A stretch of 64,000 nt of DNA from Antedon mediterranea (Eukaryota > Animalia > Echinodermata): the NCBI RefSeq assembly GCF_964355755.1, contig NC_092673.1, forward strand, positions 32,795,648 to 32,859,647, in the 5' to 3' direction. This document shows, piece by piece, positions 1-14,160 of the stretch. Within the stretch, counting starts at the first letter, position 1, and every line of letters starts with the position of its first letter. The notes beneath the pieces are model-generated. The model worked only from the letters and a program-made list of their open reading frames with translations, did not search any database and was not told where the DNA came from. Both the position numbers and the translations under genes were made by a program.

Positions 1-2218
1 TATTACTATTATCCACACTCGTACGTTGTATCCCTCGTATATTACTATTATCCACACTCGTACGTTGTATCCCTCGTATATTACTATTATCTACACTCGT
101 ACGTTGTATCCCTCGTATATTACTATTATCCATACTCGTACGTTGTATCCACTCGTATATTACTATTATCCACACTCGTACGTTGTATCCTTCGTATATA
201 AAGCTTGGTTCCCACTAGAACGTAACGCAAGGACGTAAACGCAATTTAAGCTTGGTTCCCACTAGCGACGCAACGCAAGGACGTAACGCAACGCAAGTGA
301 ATTGACCAATCACAAGCGATGGCTTATTGGCTTGTGATTGCTAACTGGTATGACTTCGCTTGTCATTGGTTAAAACGCTTGCGTTGCATTTACGTCCTTG
401 CGTTACGTTCTAGTGGGAACCAAGCTTACCTATTATCCACACTCGTACGTTGTATTCCTCGTATATTACTATTATCCACACTCGTACGTTGTATCCACTC
501 GTATATTACTATTATCCACACTCGTACGTTGTATTCCTCGTATATTACTATTATCCACACTCGTACGTTGTATCCCTCGTATATTACTATTATCCACACT
601 CGTACGTTGTATTCCTCGTATATTACTATTATCCACACTCGTACGTTGTATCCCTCGTATATTACTATTATCCACACTCGTACGTTGTATCCCTCGTATA
701 TTACTATTATCCACACTCGTACGTTGTATTCCTCGTATATTACTATTATCCACACTCGTACGTTGTATTCCTCGTATATTACTATTATCCACACTCGTAC
801 GTTGTATCCCTCGTATATTACTATTATCCACACTCGTACGTTGTATCCCTCGTATATTACTATTATCCACACTCGTACGTTGTATTCCTCGTATATTACT
901 ATTATCCACACTCGTACGTTGTATCCCTCGTATATTACTATTATCCACACTCGTACGTTGTATTCCTCGTATATTACTATTATCCACACTCGTACGTTGT
1001 ATCCCTCGTATATTACTATTATCCACACTCGTACGTTGTATTCCTCGTATATTACTATTATCTATACTCGTACGTTGTATTCCTCGTATATTACTATTAT
1101 CCACACTCGTACGTTGTATCCCTCGTATATTACTATTATCTATACTCGTACGTTGTATTCCTCGTATATTACTATTATCTATACTCGTACGTTGTATTCC
1201 TCGTATATTACTATTATCCACACTCGTACGTTGTATCCCTCGTATATTACTATTATCTATACTCGTACGTTGTATCCCTCGTATATTACTATTATCTATA
1301 CTCGTACGTTGTATCCCTCGTATATTACTATTATCCACACTCGTACGTTGTATCCCTCGTATATTACTATTATCTATACTCGTACGTTGTATCCCTCGTA
1401 TATTACTATTATCTATACTCGTACGTTGTATCCCTCGTATATTACTATTATCCACACTCGTACGTTGTATCCCTCGTATATTACTATTATCTATACTCGT
1501 ACGTTGTATCCCTCGTATATTACTATTATCCACACTCGTACGTTGTATCCCTCGTATATTACTATTATCTATACTCGTACGTTGTATCCCTCGTATATTA
1601 CTATTATCCACACTCGTACGTTGTATCCCTCGTATATTACTATTATCCACACTCGTACGTTGTATCCCTCGTATATTACTATTATCTATACTCGTACGTT
1701 ATATCCCTCGTATATTACTATTATCCACACTCGTACGTTGTATCCCTCGTATATTACTATTATCCACACTCGTACGTTGTATCCCTCGTATATTACTATT
1801 ATCCACACTCGTACGTTGTATCCCTCGTATATTACTATTATCCACACTCGTACGTTGTATCCCTCGTATATTACTATTATCCACACTCGTACGTTGTATC
1901 CCTCGTATATTACTATTATCCACACTCGTACGTTGTATCCCTCGTATATTACTATTATCCACACTCGTACGTTGTATCCCTCGTATATTACTATTATCTA
2001 TACTCGTACGTTGTATCCCTCGTATATTACTATTATCCACACTCGTACGTTGTATCCCTCGTATATTACTATTATCTATACTCGTACGTTGTATTCCTCG
2101 TATATTACTATTATCTATACTCGTACGTTGTATCCCTCGTATATTACTATTATCCACACTCGTACGTTGTATCCCTCGTATATTACTATTATCTATACTC
2201 GTACGTTGTATCCACTCG
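1..2218. repeat. 39-bp tandem satellite/minisatellite (TATTACTATTATCCACACTCGTACGTTGTATCCCTCGTA)n, interrupted by a MITE
   Basis: About 50 near-identical head-to-tail 39-bp units with CCACAC/CTATAC and ATCCC/ATTCC variants. It explains all the 13-aa-periodic ORFs at 26-2285. Confidence 0.97.
202..426. mobile_element. MITE with ~38-bp TIRs (PIF/Harbinger-like), left TIR duplicated
   Basis: AGCTTGGTTCCCACTAGAACGTAACGCAAGGACGTAAA at 202 has its reverse complement ending at 426. A second left-end copy lies at ~249. It is inserted at the TTA position of a satellite unit. Confidence 0.8.
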
Positions 2219-3124
2219 CAATTATCCATTCACATTTATTGTATCAATTCGTATATCATTAGCATTAGTTAACTTGCCGTGGTGAATTAACAAAATAGTT
2301 TTCAATTTTGTTGTTACCTTTGATTAACATAATTTGATTTCATTTCGTTGTTTTTTCTTATAAATTTCGTAATTAGGCCTACTATTTTTGTAAAGGCTAA
2401 TATAGGTCTAGTTGCATTTCATTATGATATTGTACTCTTATTGTTAATTTATACCTACATATTCTAGATTACCTATTATTATTGTATAATAATTATTCTT
2501 GTCATTTAATGTGTTAATTTAGTAGTGTTTGTGTAATGTTTACAAGTTTGTAGTAGACCTATATACGTTTAATTCTCTGTTTAGAAATGTTAATTTTAAT
2601 GACTTTGAAAAAAATAAGTAACAATTTTTAACTATTTTTGAGAAATGTTTGCAATTAGTTAAGCTTTGCCAGTTTATTGAAGAATTTATGAACAATAATT
2701 ATATTACATTGTATTACTGTTTCCTCGTGAGATCGCTTATAGTTGATCTTGCCACAGGTCTCTAGTTATTGTTTGTTATTTTACGTAGCGCCATCAGCGG
2801 GAGTTTTTTTTTTAAATATAGTATAGTTATGGCACGCCATTTATGCCAAAATGGTTTTCTTTTTTTATTAATAATTAAGCCGAATTGCCGTACGTCTAAA
2901 ACCTAGACTAGAGATCACTGTTTTACTCCGCCTCTGGTGTATCATCATAGCAGCCAGTATATTACTATATTCAAATTTGCATGTATGTATGTATGATTAA
3001 TTAATCGAAAATACTGTAGGTAGTTTAGGAGATGTGTTAATATTACTGCGTGTACTGCTGGGCATATAGGTTCAAATTAGTGGTAAAAGCCAATTAAATA
3101 GTCAATAATTGTATAAACTAAGTA

Positions 3125-6100
3125 AATTTGTTTGGTTTGAAAAATAAATAATGCTTTTAGAATTAGAATCACGTTCTGTGTGTGCTTTATTGGTTTATTG
3201 TGTTAGTATGAAGCAGTAAGTAGTGAAGAGACCAAAAAAACGATGAAGATACTGAAATGTATAAATTACTATACATTTATATCTTAATAGATAAATACAA
3301 AGTCACGGATTTAAAGTGTTACGATGTTAATTATGACGACGAGAGTGTACATTTGTGTGAAATTGTATGTATGTTGGGTTAAAACAGGGTGACCAGCGAT
3401 GAAAAACTAGGCGGCAGATAAAAATTAGGCCAGACGATGCTAGACAAAATTATGCCTAATCTCCACCAAAGAAACCATAGAAAATAAGGGAAATATGCTT
3501 GGCAAATGGATTTATGCCAGATTATGCTAGATTTTCGAAAATTATTTCTAGAATTAATGCTAGGTGGATCAAAATGATGCTAGTTAACATAATTATGCTA
3601 GATTTGCTCGCTATGAATTAAAATCAAAACTATATGTGTTTACATTATCGCATGAATGCTTGTTTTGTCCAAACCTAAATAATTCGGTACAATAAAGAAT
3701 TCTCCTGACGAGACATACTTATTTCTTAAACCTAGTCTCATTTGATTGGCTGTTTGAATGATGTGTATATTTGCTAAACTTTGATTGGTGCCTCTTCTAT
3801 CCTCTTACATATCTATAAACTTTACTGTCTGCTAACTTTACACTGCAATAACCTAAGTATGATCTGTGTAATGATCTTCTATCTAATACAACTTTTGGGG
3901 GATTTTCGTAATGATGATAATAATACATATGTCAATCGGTGTGTAATCAGCGACAACCATACATTAACACAGAAATTATCACATATTTTGAACAAATCAA
4001 ACAACGCAACCAGCATTGTTACAACGTCTGCAGAAGTTGACACAAGTTTGTTAGTGTGTTTGTGTTCAGGTTCTAATCAGCCAGAGTAAAACATACACGC
4101 AATATAATTTCAATACATATCAACTTTATACAGATATATTTGCTGAGTTTTCGGTCGCCGATAGTCTGTTTTCTTCTAATCAACCAACATCATTACAAAA
4201 CATTCCAAAGACGGCCAAGACGAATTCATATAATTCTTTTATTCAAAATTTTGTAGGCCTAAGATAGGCTTATATATATTTTAAAATATATGATCATAAA
4301 CAATAATCGTATACTAGCTATTGGTTATTTGGTTTTAAAAATAAATTGTGAATTATAATCACGTTCTTTGTGTAATTTCTTGGTTTATTGTGTTAGTATG
4401 AAGCATTAAGTATAGTGAGAAGACATAGAGATTAAATAAATAAATAATTTCTCTATGCTTGTAAATATATATTTCGATCTTACGACAACAATGACGACGA
4501 CAATAATGCAGACAACATTAAAACTAAACCTTAAAAAAAAACAAATGTGCCTGACAAAATAATTCCAAACGAAACGTGATGTGTGACGACTAAAACAAAT
4601 CAACGGGATGGCTTTCACCACTTTATTTAAGAAAAGTCACTGAAACTAATTTGAACATGACGATAAATAGAACGCTATAGAAGAAAATAATGCTGAGGGG
4701 AAGAAGGGGAGGGGGTGAATTATAATCCTTTTAAAAGTTTAAAATGAAGAGTGGAAAAAAAGTGAAAAAAACCAGCGAAAAAAAATCGTAAACAACTGCT
4801 GGATTTGAAGGCTTTGTCAATCACCTTTGAAGTTGATTTTAATATGACATGTGAGTATACAGTTCACCACAACTCAACATAGTACATTAAGTGCAGGAGA
4901 AGAATTTACGGTATCTCTACTGTTGTTAAGTCGTAACACCGTAGTATATTTTGTGGTGGTTGGTGCATGTCCATAAGTGTTATACATTTTGTCTGAACTG
5001 TTATGTTGGCTTTTTTAAAATAAAACAAACTCATTCTGGGTTTAAACGATTGTTTTATTATCACATGAATGCTTATTCACGTGCTTCCAACATGAAACAG
5101 TTAAAGACATTATAATTAACTTAATAATGGGTGCTGATGCTAGCAAACACATTCTCATTTGATTGGCTGATTGAATGACGTGTAATTATTTGCTGCAATC
5201 TGATTGGCTTGGCTTTTTTTCGCTAGAATCATTGACATTAGAGATTACTGTCTGTTAACATGACACTGCAATTAACAAGTTATAACTTGTGTAATTCTCC
5301 GAGAAAAACTTTTGGGTGGATTTCTTGTAATTACACCCAATCTGGGTGTAATCAGACGCTACACCTACACCCACGGCTAATAAGCAAACATTAACACAGA
5401 AATTCAACGTTATAACATTTGGAACAAATCAAACAAAGCAACCAGCATTGTTGCAAAACATACGAATTCGTATCAGTTTTGCAATCGAAGAAAACGTTCA
5501 TCACGGGTTGATATAATATTCAAAATCTACCAACTTTATACAGACTTTAATATTTTTTGTTCACCAAAAATTAATGATAACTCAACCAAAGTATAATCAA
5601 CAAACATCATTACAAAGCATCAAGAAGTTACCGAAAGTTTTTTTTATCAGTCCTATAGTTCTGATTATACGACGCAAATTGTTATTGAGAATGTGCTTTT
5701 AATCTCCCTCAGTAACTGTGCTTTCTTAAAAGAAATAACCATGACGAAAACACTTACCCAATCTACAAAAAAATCCATTTAGACAGACATTCACCCTTCC
5801 AAAAGGAAAATGAAATGTGGGTTTGGTTCTTAAAATTACAATCAAAATTAATATGTACAGAATTATTAAGGATCTTAAGATCAAGGTAAACATTTAGCTG
5901 AATTGATTGGCTTAGTTTCGTGAGAGATCAAAACGCACAAAACAATGATGGAACCTTTCTATACAATTGACATGAACCAAGCTAATTGTTATAATTAACA
6001 GAACCGAAATCAAGAGAAGGTCGAATTAACGTCTGATAAAGAGAAATGTTGGTTTGGGGTGAAGATCTTTACAGTTTCTACACATGAGTCCCAACATACG

Positions 6101-7960
6101 GTTTACCTTTTAACGGGTTCGTTAACATGAACAGACAAATTATGTTTAGATTCAACATAAACCCTAAGAACTTTTTGGTTTTCCATCCTGTAATTGGCGA
6201 GTTACTCGCTGTTGGATGAGTATGAAGAAGAAGAAGAAGAAGAAAAAAAGAAGGGTTTACAAAGTCGCTAAACTGTCGGCCTTAGATACTATAACTGCTG
6301 CTTGCTTTAGCTTATGAATGAGTAGTCCTCATGGGACGTAGCTGGCTATAGCAGCAGCGGGAAAAATAATAAGACCTTTCTTAAGAGTAATACCTACGAT
6401 TTTACACTTCTCGGGGTTGAGTTCCAATCCAATTAATTTCGATTGGCTTTCTTCTAGGTGAAAGTATGACGCCTAAGCGATGCCTATAATTTTGTGCAAT
6501 CCAACAAGTTTGACATTAACATGTCATTAAATTGTAAAGTGAAATTAAGTCAAATCGAAGCAAATTACTTTATATTTACAGTATTCTTTTCAACATCACA
6601 TCTTAGTATGACTTCTACGCTGAAATAACAAGTTCTTCGATATTCTGTTTTTTGTAATGATATATGTCAATTTAACTGTAACAGCGACAATCTGTTTTAC
6701 AACGTTATACTAATCAACGTTTTTACTAGCTAGTTAACTAACTAAAGTTTTACGATGTTAAGACAACAATAACAATAACATTGACAGATAAACCTTTAAA
6801 AAGATGAAAACACAATCCAACTTAAAAAATAACAACAAACGAAACAACGAAATAAAGTGACGACTCAGAAAATACCATCGGGATGTTATATTATAACACT
6901 TCACTGACACTAAATTGAACATGATAATAAAGAGAACGCTAAAGAAGAAAACAATGTTATGGTTAAGTGGGTTTTGGTGTGTTATACTCCTTTTAAATGG
7001 TCGAAAGGGAGAGTAAAAAGGGGAGTGGAAATGAAGGGGAAGAAAACCAGAGAAAAAAGATTAGACAATTGTAGAGTTTGAAAGCTTTGACTATCACATT
7101 TAACGTTGAGTTGAATTGAATACGCCATGAGATACAGTTAACCACAACTCAATTTTAAAGTCGTAATACCGTAGAATGACGAGAAAGAAGGATAAGGTTA
7201 GTATGTATAGTGTACATTTATTGTGTAAAATGTTATGTTATTTATATGATGATATGATTATATTTCATGAATTTTGCCCAAAATGAAATAGTTAAAGAAA
7301 ATAATTCACTTGACGATGTGTGTTGATATTTTAGCAAACCTATATTCTCATTTGATTGGCTGCTTGAATGACATGTAAATTTGCTGCAATTTGATTGGCT
7401 TGCCTTTTTTTTCGCTGAATCAGTGACATTTGTAATTACTGTCTATGGACGTTAATGACCTGCGTGATGATCTTCTATCAAGAAAAACTTTTGGATGATT
7501 GTTGTAATGATAATAATTATGTCAACACCTACACCTAAGGATTTAAATTTCATTTCATTTCATTTATTTCACTTTATAAATATATAAATATAAAGTGGAG
7601 GAGCCTAAAAGAAAGCAAAGCTTGTGGTGAATAGGCTCCTCAAAACAAAACAAATAAAATATAAATAAAAATCAAACCTAACACAGAAATGCAACGTTAT
7701 CCCATTGGAACAAATCAAACAAAGCAACCAGCATTGTTACAAAGCATGCAGAAGTTGACAAAATGTTTGTTGGTCAGATTCTAATCAGCCAGAGTAAAAG
7801 CAAACATTAGCTATAACACAAAACCTATCAACTTTATACACATATGATTTTGAACATATTGAAAGAGTTTTCAACGAAAGATTACTCGTATCTTTGTTGC
7901 CATAGTTAATCAACCTCAACCAACATCATTACAAAGCATCCACAAATTCGCTGAAAACAA
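3125..7960 (+). repeat. Degenerate tandem segmental duplications of non-coding DNA
   Basis: Shared blocks: CTCATTTGATTGGCTG..TGAATGA at ~3737/5154/7347; AACAAATCAAACAA.GCAACCAGCATTGTT at ~3991/5423/7708; 3150-3215 resembles 4340-4410; 4490-4940 resembles 6760-7175. Confidence 0.8.
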
Positions 7961-9826
7961 ATTTATATCAATCTTTATCTATTAGTAACACAGAAATAAT
8001 TCAGTAAAAAAAGCATCACCAGAAGGTGTATTGTATGTATGCTGGATTGCTTCAGCAAACATACTCAATTGAATTATCGTGTTTTGTATTATTAACTGTA
8101 TTGTGCAGTAAAATATAGAAACGTTGTCAAATCACCGATGAGTGAGGCAATTACTGTCCCGGGTCGTTTTTGCTTCGCTGCAAATCGTTGTCCTTTTAGT
8201 GTGTGTCCGATCGTACTAAAACATACCGTAACTGTAATTTTACAAAGAAATTGTTGTGTATACTTTTTAAAGTTTACATATATAAAAAGAACTTTAAAGC
8301 TGAGCAACCTAAATATATGGCAAGCCTCAGCTGTCTGAAGTATTCAAAATATTATATTATTATATCATTTTTTTATTATATTATATATTGTATTGTAATA
8401 AATTATATGTTTTGCATTATATTACTTGGTTTTAGCATTATATTATATCTATTTCTAATATATTATGTGAAAAATGTAACAAATTATTGACTTTTTGTAT
8501 TATATTATTTGGTTTTAGCATTATATTATGAACATTTAATATTATATTATTAATAAAATACATTATATTATAATATAATTGTATTATATCAAACGCATTT
8601 ACTTTACTTTATAACACTAGATGGTACGCTCGCTTCGCTCGCGTACCATCTAGGTCGTGCCCACAGATGGTTATCGAATACATAATAATTTCAGTGTTAA
8701 AAAACTGACGATTTCAAATGTACGTACAATAATACATGTCGTTTACACAGGAACGAATACATAGACACTGATTTATGTACTCAACAAAAATTAGCACCCT
8801 GGGAATTACTTCCGAAAGAGAAACTTGTCAAAAAATGAGACCAATTGTTTAAGTCAAATTTAAACAAACTTAATTTGTGTTTTGAAATAATAATGTAACA
8901 TTAGGGTTGAGGGATGGGGAAGAGGATGGGTGCAAAGAGGAACAATTTTTAAATATATTCTTTATCCATTTAGTAACAAAATATTAATTGTTTTCATGTT
9001 TTAAAAATAATATACCACTAAACACAGTAAAACATTGCGATGTAATACTTTGTTGAAACTATCAGTATCACTGTCCTAGTAGATTGAAATAGCAGTACAT
9101 GTAACGATACATCACTACGACGTGTATGTTTATATAATGTAAAACAATTTGTGAAAACCACCTCTATTCGGGGAAAATCATAAAGTCGATTTAATCGTCA
9201 ATAAATATTAAATTATCTAACTCAACTGAATTAGTAGGCCTAATGGTTTTCAATTGTTTCTTAGAGCCAAGTCATACTTAAGTTGGTTCCTACCCTACCC
9301 ACCAAAGTTGTTTTGCGTTTATGATGCACCGTAGGCATATCAAGCTCTACAATACGGGGCGCCGTTTGGGACATTGCTAATTTTGTCAAAATATTACAAT
9401 TTTGTCTACACATAATTAATTTTGTCAATACAAAATTCATTTTGCCAACACAAAATTCATTTTGTATTGACAAAATTCATTTTGTGTTGACAAAATGTAT
9501 TCTGTGTGGACAAAATTCATTTTGTCTCGCCAAAATTAATTCTGTGTAAACAAAAGTCATTCTGTGTAGACAAAATTAATTCTGTGTTGACAAAATTAAT
9601 TTTGTGTAGACAAAATTCATTCTGTAACAACAAAAATCATTTTGTGGCGACAAAATTCATTCTGTAACGAAAATTCTGTGTAGACAAAATTCATTTTGTG
9701 GCGACAAAATGTATTCTGTGTAGACAAAATTTATTCTGTGTAGACAAAATTTATTCTGTGTAGACAAAATTCATTCTGTGTAGAAAAAAATTCATTTTGT
9801 CGCGACAAAATGAATTTTGTTAGCCT

Positions 9827-9888
9827 AGCCTACTCAAGCGTGGGACAAAACGTTTTTTAAAACATTTTGTCCCACGCTTGAGTAGGCT
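9827..9888. repeat. Perfect 24-bp-stem hairpin
   Basis: AGCCTACTCAAGCGTGGGACAAAA (9827-9850) pairs with TTTTGTCCCACGCTTGAGTAGGCT (9865-9888). Confidence 0.9.
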
Positions 9889-10690
9889 CGGTTTTAACAT
9901 TTAAATTAGAAGGCGGAGTTTAAACTTGAAAAGGGCAAGACAGGGTGAAGCTATAAATGATGACAGCGCGCGAATCTTTGACATTTGTTATTGGTTCAGT
10001 TATTATGGCTGAGCATGCCTCCGTCTCTATTGCTATCATATTAATCTATTTTATAATATCAGGGACCCCTGAAAATATCAGATATGATCAGTATTCATAC
10101 TTTGACAATTTAATATCTACGTCGTCAGTAATAATTATTATTATAATGTATTCTATATTAAAAAATCGGAAAATGGTTTTTATAGAGCCCTGTAAAATTG
10201 TAGTAATGGGGCTATTTAAAATTTTGTCGTTTAAAATATTATTTATTATTCTTATAAAATGTATATACTTTATTTTAAAATTAAAGATGTATTGTCTCCC
10301 AAAATCATGAAAAATAAAGATTTTTAAAATCGGACTTTGAATAGGCCATTATGCAGTTTTAATGAAGTTGTTCACTTCCATAAGAAAAAAGAACGGGGAA
10401 AAATGATTTCACCTATAAAAAGACAAAATAAACAGTTAAATTACCCAAAAACTCATTGGCTTCCAGACAATTTGACCATTTTTTGCTTTAAATTACATTT
10501 TTTTCAGGTAAATAATTTTTTTTCAGACCTAATTTTTTGTGAAAGTGAATAACTATTATGTGACATTAAAATAACATATTCAACAAAAAGATTAAAAAAA
10601 ACATTTTTTCAGGGGACAATCTTTAAGATAATAATAGTCATTGCAGAAATAATGATGCTGAAAGCTGTCCGTTATTTGAAAAAAAAACAT

Positions 10691-11306
10691 TTAACACATT
10701 GACTGCCAAGGCATTTTCCGTAATTTCTGTCCCAGTGCCAAGTCCCGTTTACATATTAAATTACAGTTTGAAAGTGTAACATCTGGTCACAGACTATCAT
10801 GATGTCATTCAAAATACGATGGCGGGAAAAACCGTTGAGACGTATAAATACGTCACTGGCAATGGTCCAACAATTTTATTGACTTTGCCAGGAACGTAAA
10901 TATACGTCGGGGATTTTCCGCGCTAAAATCGGTCAAACCTATCATCGAGAGATAAAAACAGTAAACCACACTGAATCATTTCATCCTTTATTATTTTTAT
11001 TTACTATTAGCGCAATTTATGACATGTTTGAGATGATTATATTGAGTGTGAGGGCGCCATCGTATCAACCATATTCAATGCATGAGGGAATAAACACAAA
11101 CAAACATATGACATTTATTTTTAGATTATCGTTTACGTACATCATTCATAAACTGCCATGCGATAATTCCTGTTCCAATCACCACTGCCAGCGATTCTAC
11201 ATACAATACAAAAGTGCTACGATTTTGACGTAGTATTACGTCTTGGCAAGTAGCGACACGCAATTTTTGACGTATAAATACGCCGTGGCAGTGAACGTGT
11301 TGTTAA
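10691..11306. mobile_element. piggyBac-like TTAA MITE nested in the foldback element
   Basis: TTAA-CACATTGACTGCCA ... TGGCAGTGAACGTG-TTGTTAA imperfect TIRs, with internal GACGTATAAATACG repeats. Confidence 0.6.
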
Positions 11307-14160
11307 AGAACTGACTACAAAAGATTGCTCACGTTAGTTTTATATAACAGTCATCCACCCTGCGAAACCTAATAACCTTTAACCTACAGTAGTAAGTAGG
11401 CCAGGTAGCCTACGTTGGCTAGGTTACAGGACTGATTGCCCATAAAACATTCGATGTATAAATATCAACACCCCAGACAGTGTAATAATGACCTTTCCAG
11501 ACCGAAAACCATTCTGCCCGAAATTACGATACTCTCTCGATACAATTCCATATTTTATTAGTGGAAATGCATTTTTATTTAACATCAATCTTATCAAGCC
11601 AGCCAAAGACTGAATACGTACATTAAAAGTACAAAGAACAATGTAAACCTATAAACAATTATTTGCAATTAGCAATGTATAATAAATAAAATCAATCATG
11701 GAGAAGGTGGAAAGATTATATACACTGCCATGGGAATGGATACTTGAGAGGCGCCATATGTCAGTTGTGTGAACACCCATTATAACTATTTGGTCAAAGT
11801 TGAATTATATCTTTCGAGGGTGTAAATATATAATAATATGCAACCGAGAGTAAAATTAAATTTAACTTTTTAACGACAATTTGCAATATCATAATCTATG
11901 GCGTACCAAAGTGTCATTTATTTAGGCAACTAAAATATCTTAGTTTTTAATAGATGTAGTTAGTTTATCTTAGGTTCCAATAGAGATATATCCCTGTTTA
12001 TAACCAAGATATCTTTTCAATAAAGATATCTCTATTATTCCAATTAGAGACAATTAATATATGTCTTAAGAGATATTTCATAGTTTTGTTCCCTTGAGTT
12101 AGGCCTATTAGCAATTTAGTATTCCTATCAAATAAACTTGGTAGGCCTATAGACGACGCAATTCCCATGAGAATAAATAGGCCTATACTAACTATTATAT
12201 TAAAATAAATGTATTAACTAAAATCATTTCATTACTACTCAACTTATCAGATGTTATCGTAAATAGTGTTGTCATTTTCTTAATCAATATTATCGGTATC
12301 GATATAAATCTTCAACCCTCTTTAATATTTATTACCAAAATTGGTAGGCATATAGGGCTACGTGTTATACATCAGTATAAACTGTACTTATACTCGACGC
12401 AAAGTATTCAAGTTCCATATTAGACTGAAATGAATTTTGTCTACACAGAATGAATTTTGTCTACACAGAATGAATTTTGTCTACACAGAATAATTTTTGT
12501 CTATACAGAATACATTTTGTCGCCACAAAATGAATTTTGTCCACACAGAATTAATTTTGTCTACACAGAATTAATTTTGTCCACACAGAATTAATTTTGT
12601 CGAGACAAAATGAAGTTTGTCAAGACAAAATTAATTTTGTCCACACAGAATAAATTTTGTCAACACAAAATGAATTTTGTGTTGAACAAAATGAATTTTG
12701 TATTGACAAAATTAATTATGTGTAGACAAAATTGTAATATTTCGACAAAATTAGCAATGTCCCATACGGCGCCCCGTACTACTATGTCTTTACAACGCTA
12801 CTCATGCCAGTGAGAGGGAAGGGTGATGATATGGGTGGTTTAACTGCAATAATAAAGATTTGTACATACTATACGGCGACTGAAACCATTATCCGTCTAA
12901 AAAATTTATATCCAACCTCTGCAGCACAGATTGAAAAAAAAATGGATCCAATTTCTGTTATGAGTATAGAGTAATTTCCTTTACGACGCCTGAGGGAATA
13001 GACACTTGTGGAACGACACAGAGATTGGAATGTTCCATTCATTGCAAATCAATACATTTGTATAAACGTATATTAAATCTATCAAAATAGTATTTTTTTA
13101 AGAAAATCGGCCTGTCTTCAACATTATGATACTGTACTCGAGCTGTTCAACGGGTTTTCAGCTATTAAAAACAATTATCGTAGGAGGAGATAGGAAAATG
13201 CGAAGCCTCCTCGCATTTTTGTGGCGGGTATTTTTCAAGATGGACATCCATTAGACAGTGTATACCACGATCGGAAAACACCCCTATTTGGGGCTAATCG
13301 TTGAACCTAAATTCGTTTTAATCGTCAATAACTAATTATCTAACATAATTTAATTAGTAAACAGGGTTACATCAGGTGGTTAAAATCAGTACCGAAAGTA
13401 CGAACCAACTTTATATACCATCGAGTAAAAATTCTAAAAGTAAGGTGCGATTTACCGAATTTTGCCCTTACGTAAATTTATATATAGATACAATGAAACG
13501 TCATCTTGTAAATTTATAGAGGCGGATAAATCTTATTGGGACAATGCATGCTGGAAAGTAGGCCTACTTATGATGTTTATACTGATCACGTAATATTCAT
13601 GAAAGGAATGAATATAATGATAAGAGCAAACAGGTTTTTAAATTGAAATTCAGTGATTGATTAAAAAGCAGTAAATCAGTTATTATAACTATTATACTAC
13701 TATAACTATAAAAATGTTCCCAGGTCAGACAAATTATCTCTGATTTTACTTTCGTATTCTGTGACTATTTACTAAAATACAAAAACACAGCGTCGGTTAC
13801 TAACGAAAAAAATAAACCGTGTAATCACAGTCAACTCTTCGAAATCCGGACTCTCTAAAAACACAACTTTCTGGCCAACCTCAAGCTAAAAAATGTTCTT
13901 ATGATTCATAAGTATATAATATTGCAATTACATTTGAAATGTGTTGGGAATGAAGAGATAATAATTAAGTGATCCGAAATCTCTTTGCTTCCGCCAACAC
14001 ACGTTACATCCTTTACCACCAATCTCAACTGGGTTGGTATCGGTAACAAGTTCTTCTTGAATATACGCTTCATTCTTTCTAATGCTTTACTTTCATCGCG
14101 TTGTTTATGACAATACATTGAATCTGTATCTATTTTTCGACTGACTGGCCACTTCTTTAT

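Larger units (their letters stand above)
9353..12778. mobile_element. Foldback-like DNA transposon with long TIRs built from 20-bp tandem repeats
   Basis: Termini TACGGGGCGCCGT...ACGGCGCCCCGTA. Arms ~9353-9800 and ~12425-12778 consist of GACAAAATTCATTCTGTGTA repeats in inverted orientation. It is absent from the second Helitron copy. Flanks are CTACAA/CTACTA. Confidence 0.85.
8617..13488 (-). mobile_element. Non-autonomous Helitron, interrupted by a 3.4-kb foldback-type insertion
   Basis: The minus strand starts A|TCTATATATAAAT (13488) and ends CTAG|T (8617), with a terminal hairpin CTAGATGGTACGC..GCGAAGC..GCGTACCATCTAG. There is no TSD. It is colinear with 50708-52126. Confidence 0.85.

Noticed and set aside
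1-2218. CRISPR array, or real proteins from the 600-aa repeat ORFs
   Set aside because: The units are contiguous with no unique spacers, there are no cas genes, and the context is eukaryotic. The ORFs arise from a stop-free 39-bp unit.
9360-9800. 20-bp repeat array as iterons or CRISPR
   Set aside because: It is mirrored at 12425-12778 as part of transposon TIRs and has no spacers.
9261-12813. Similar ORFs 9261-9473 and 12610-12813, likewise 36926-38277
   Set aside because: They are translations of inverted-repeat arms.
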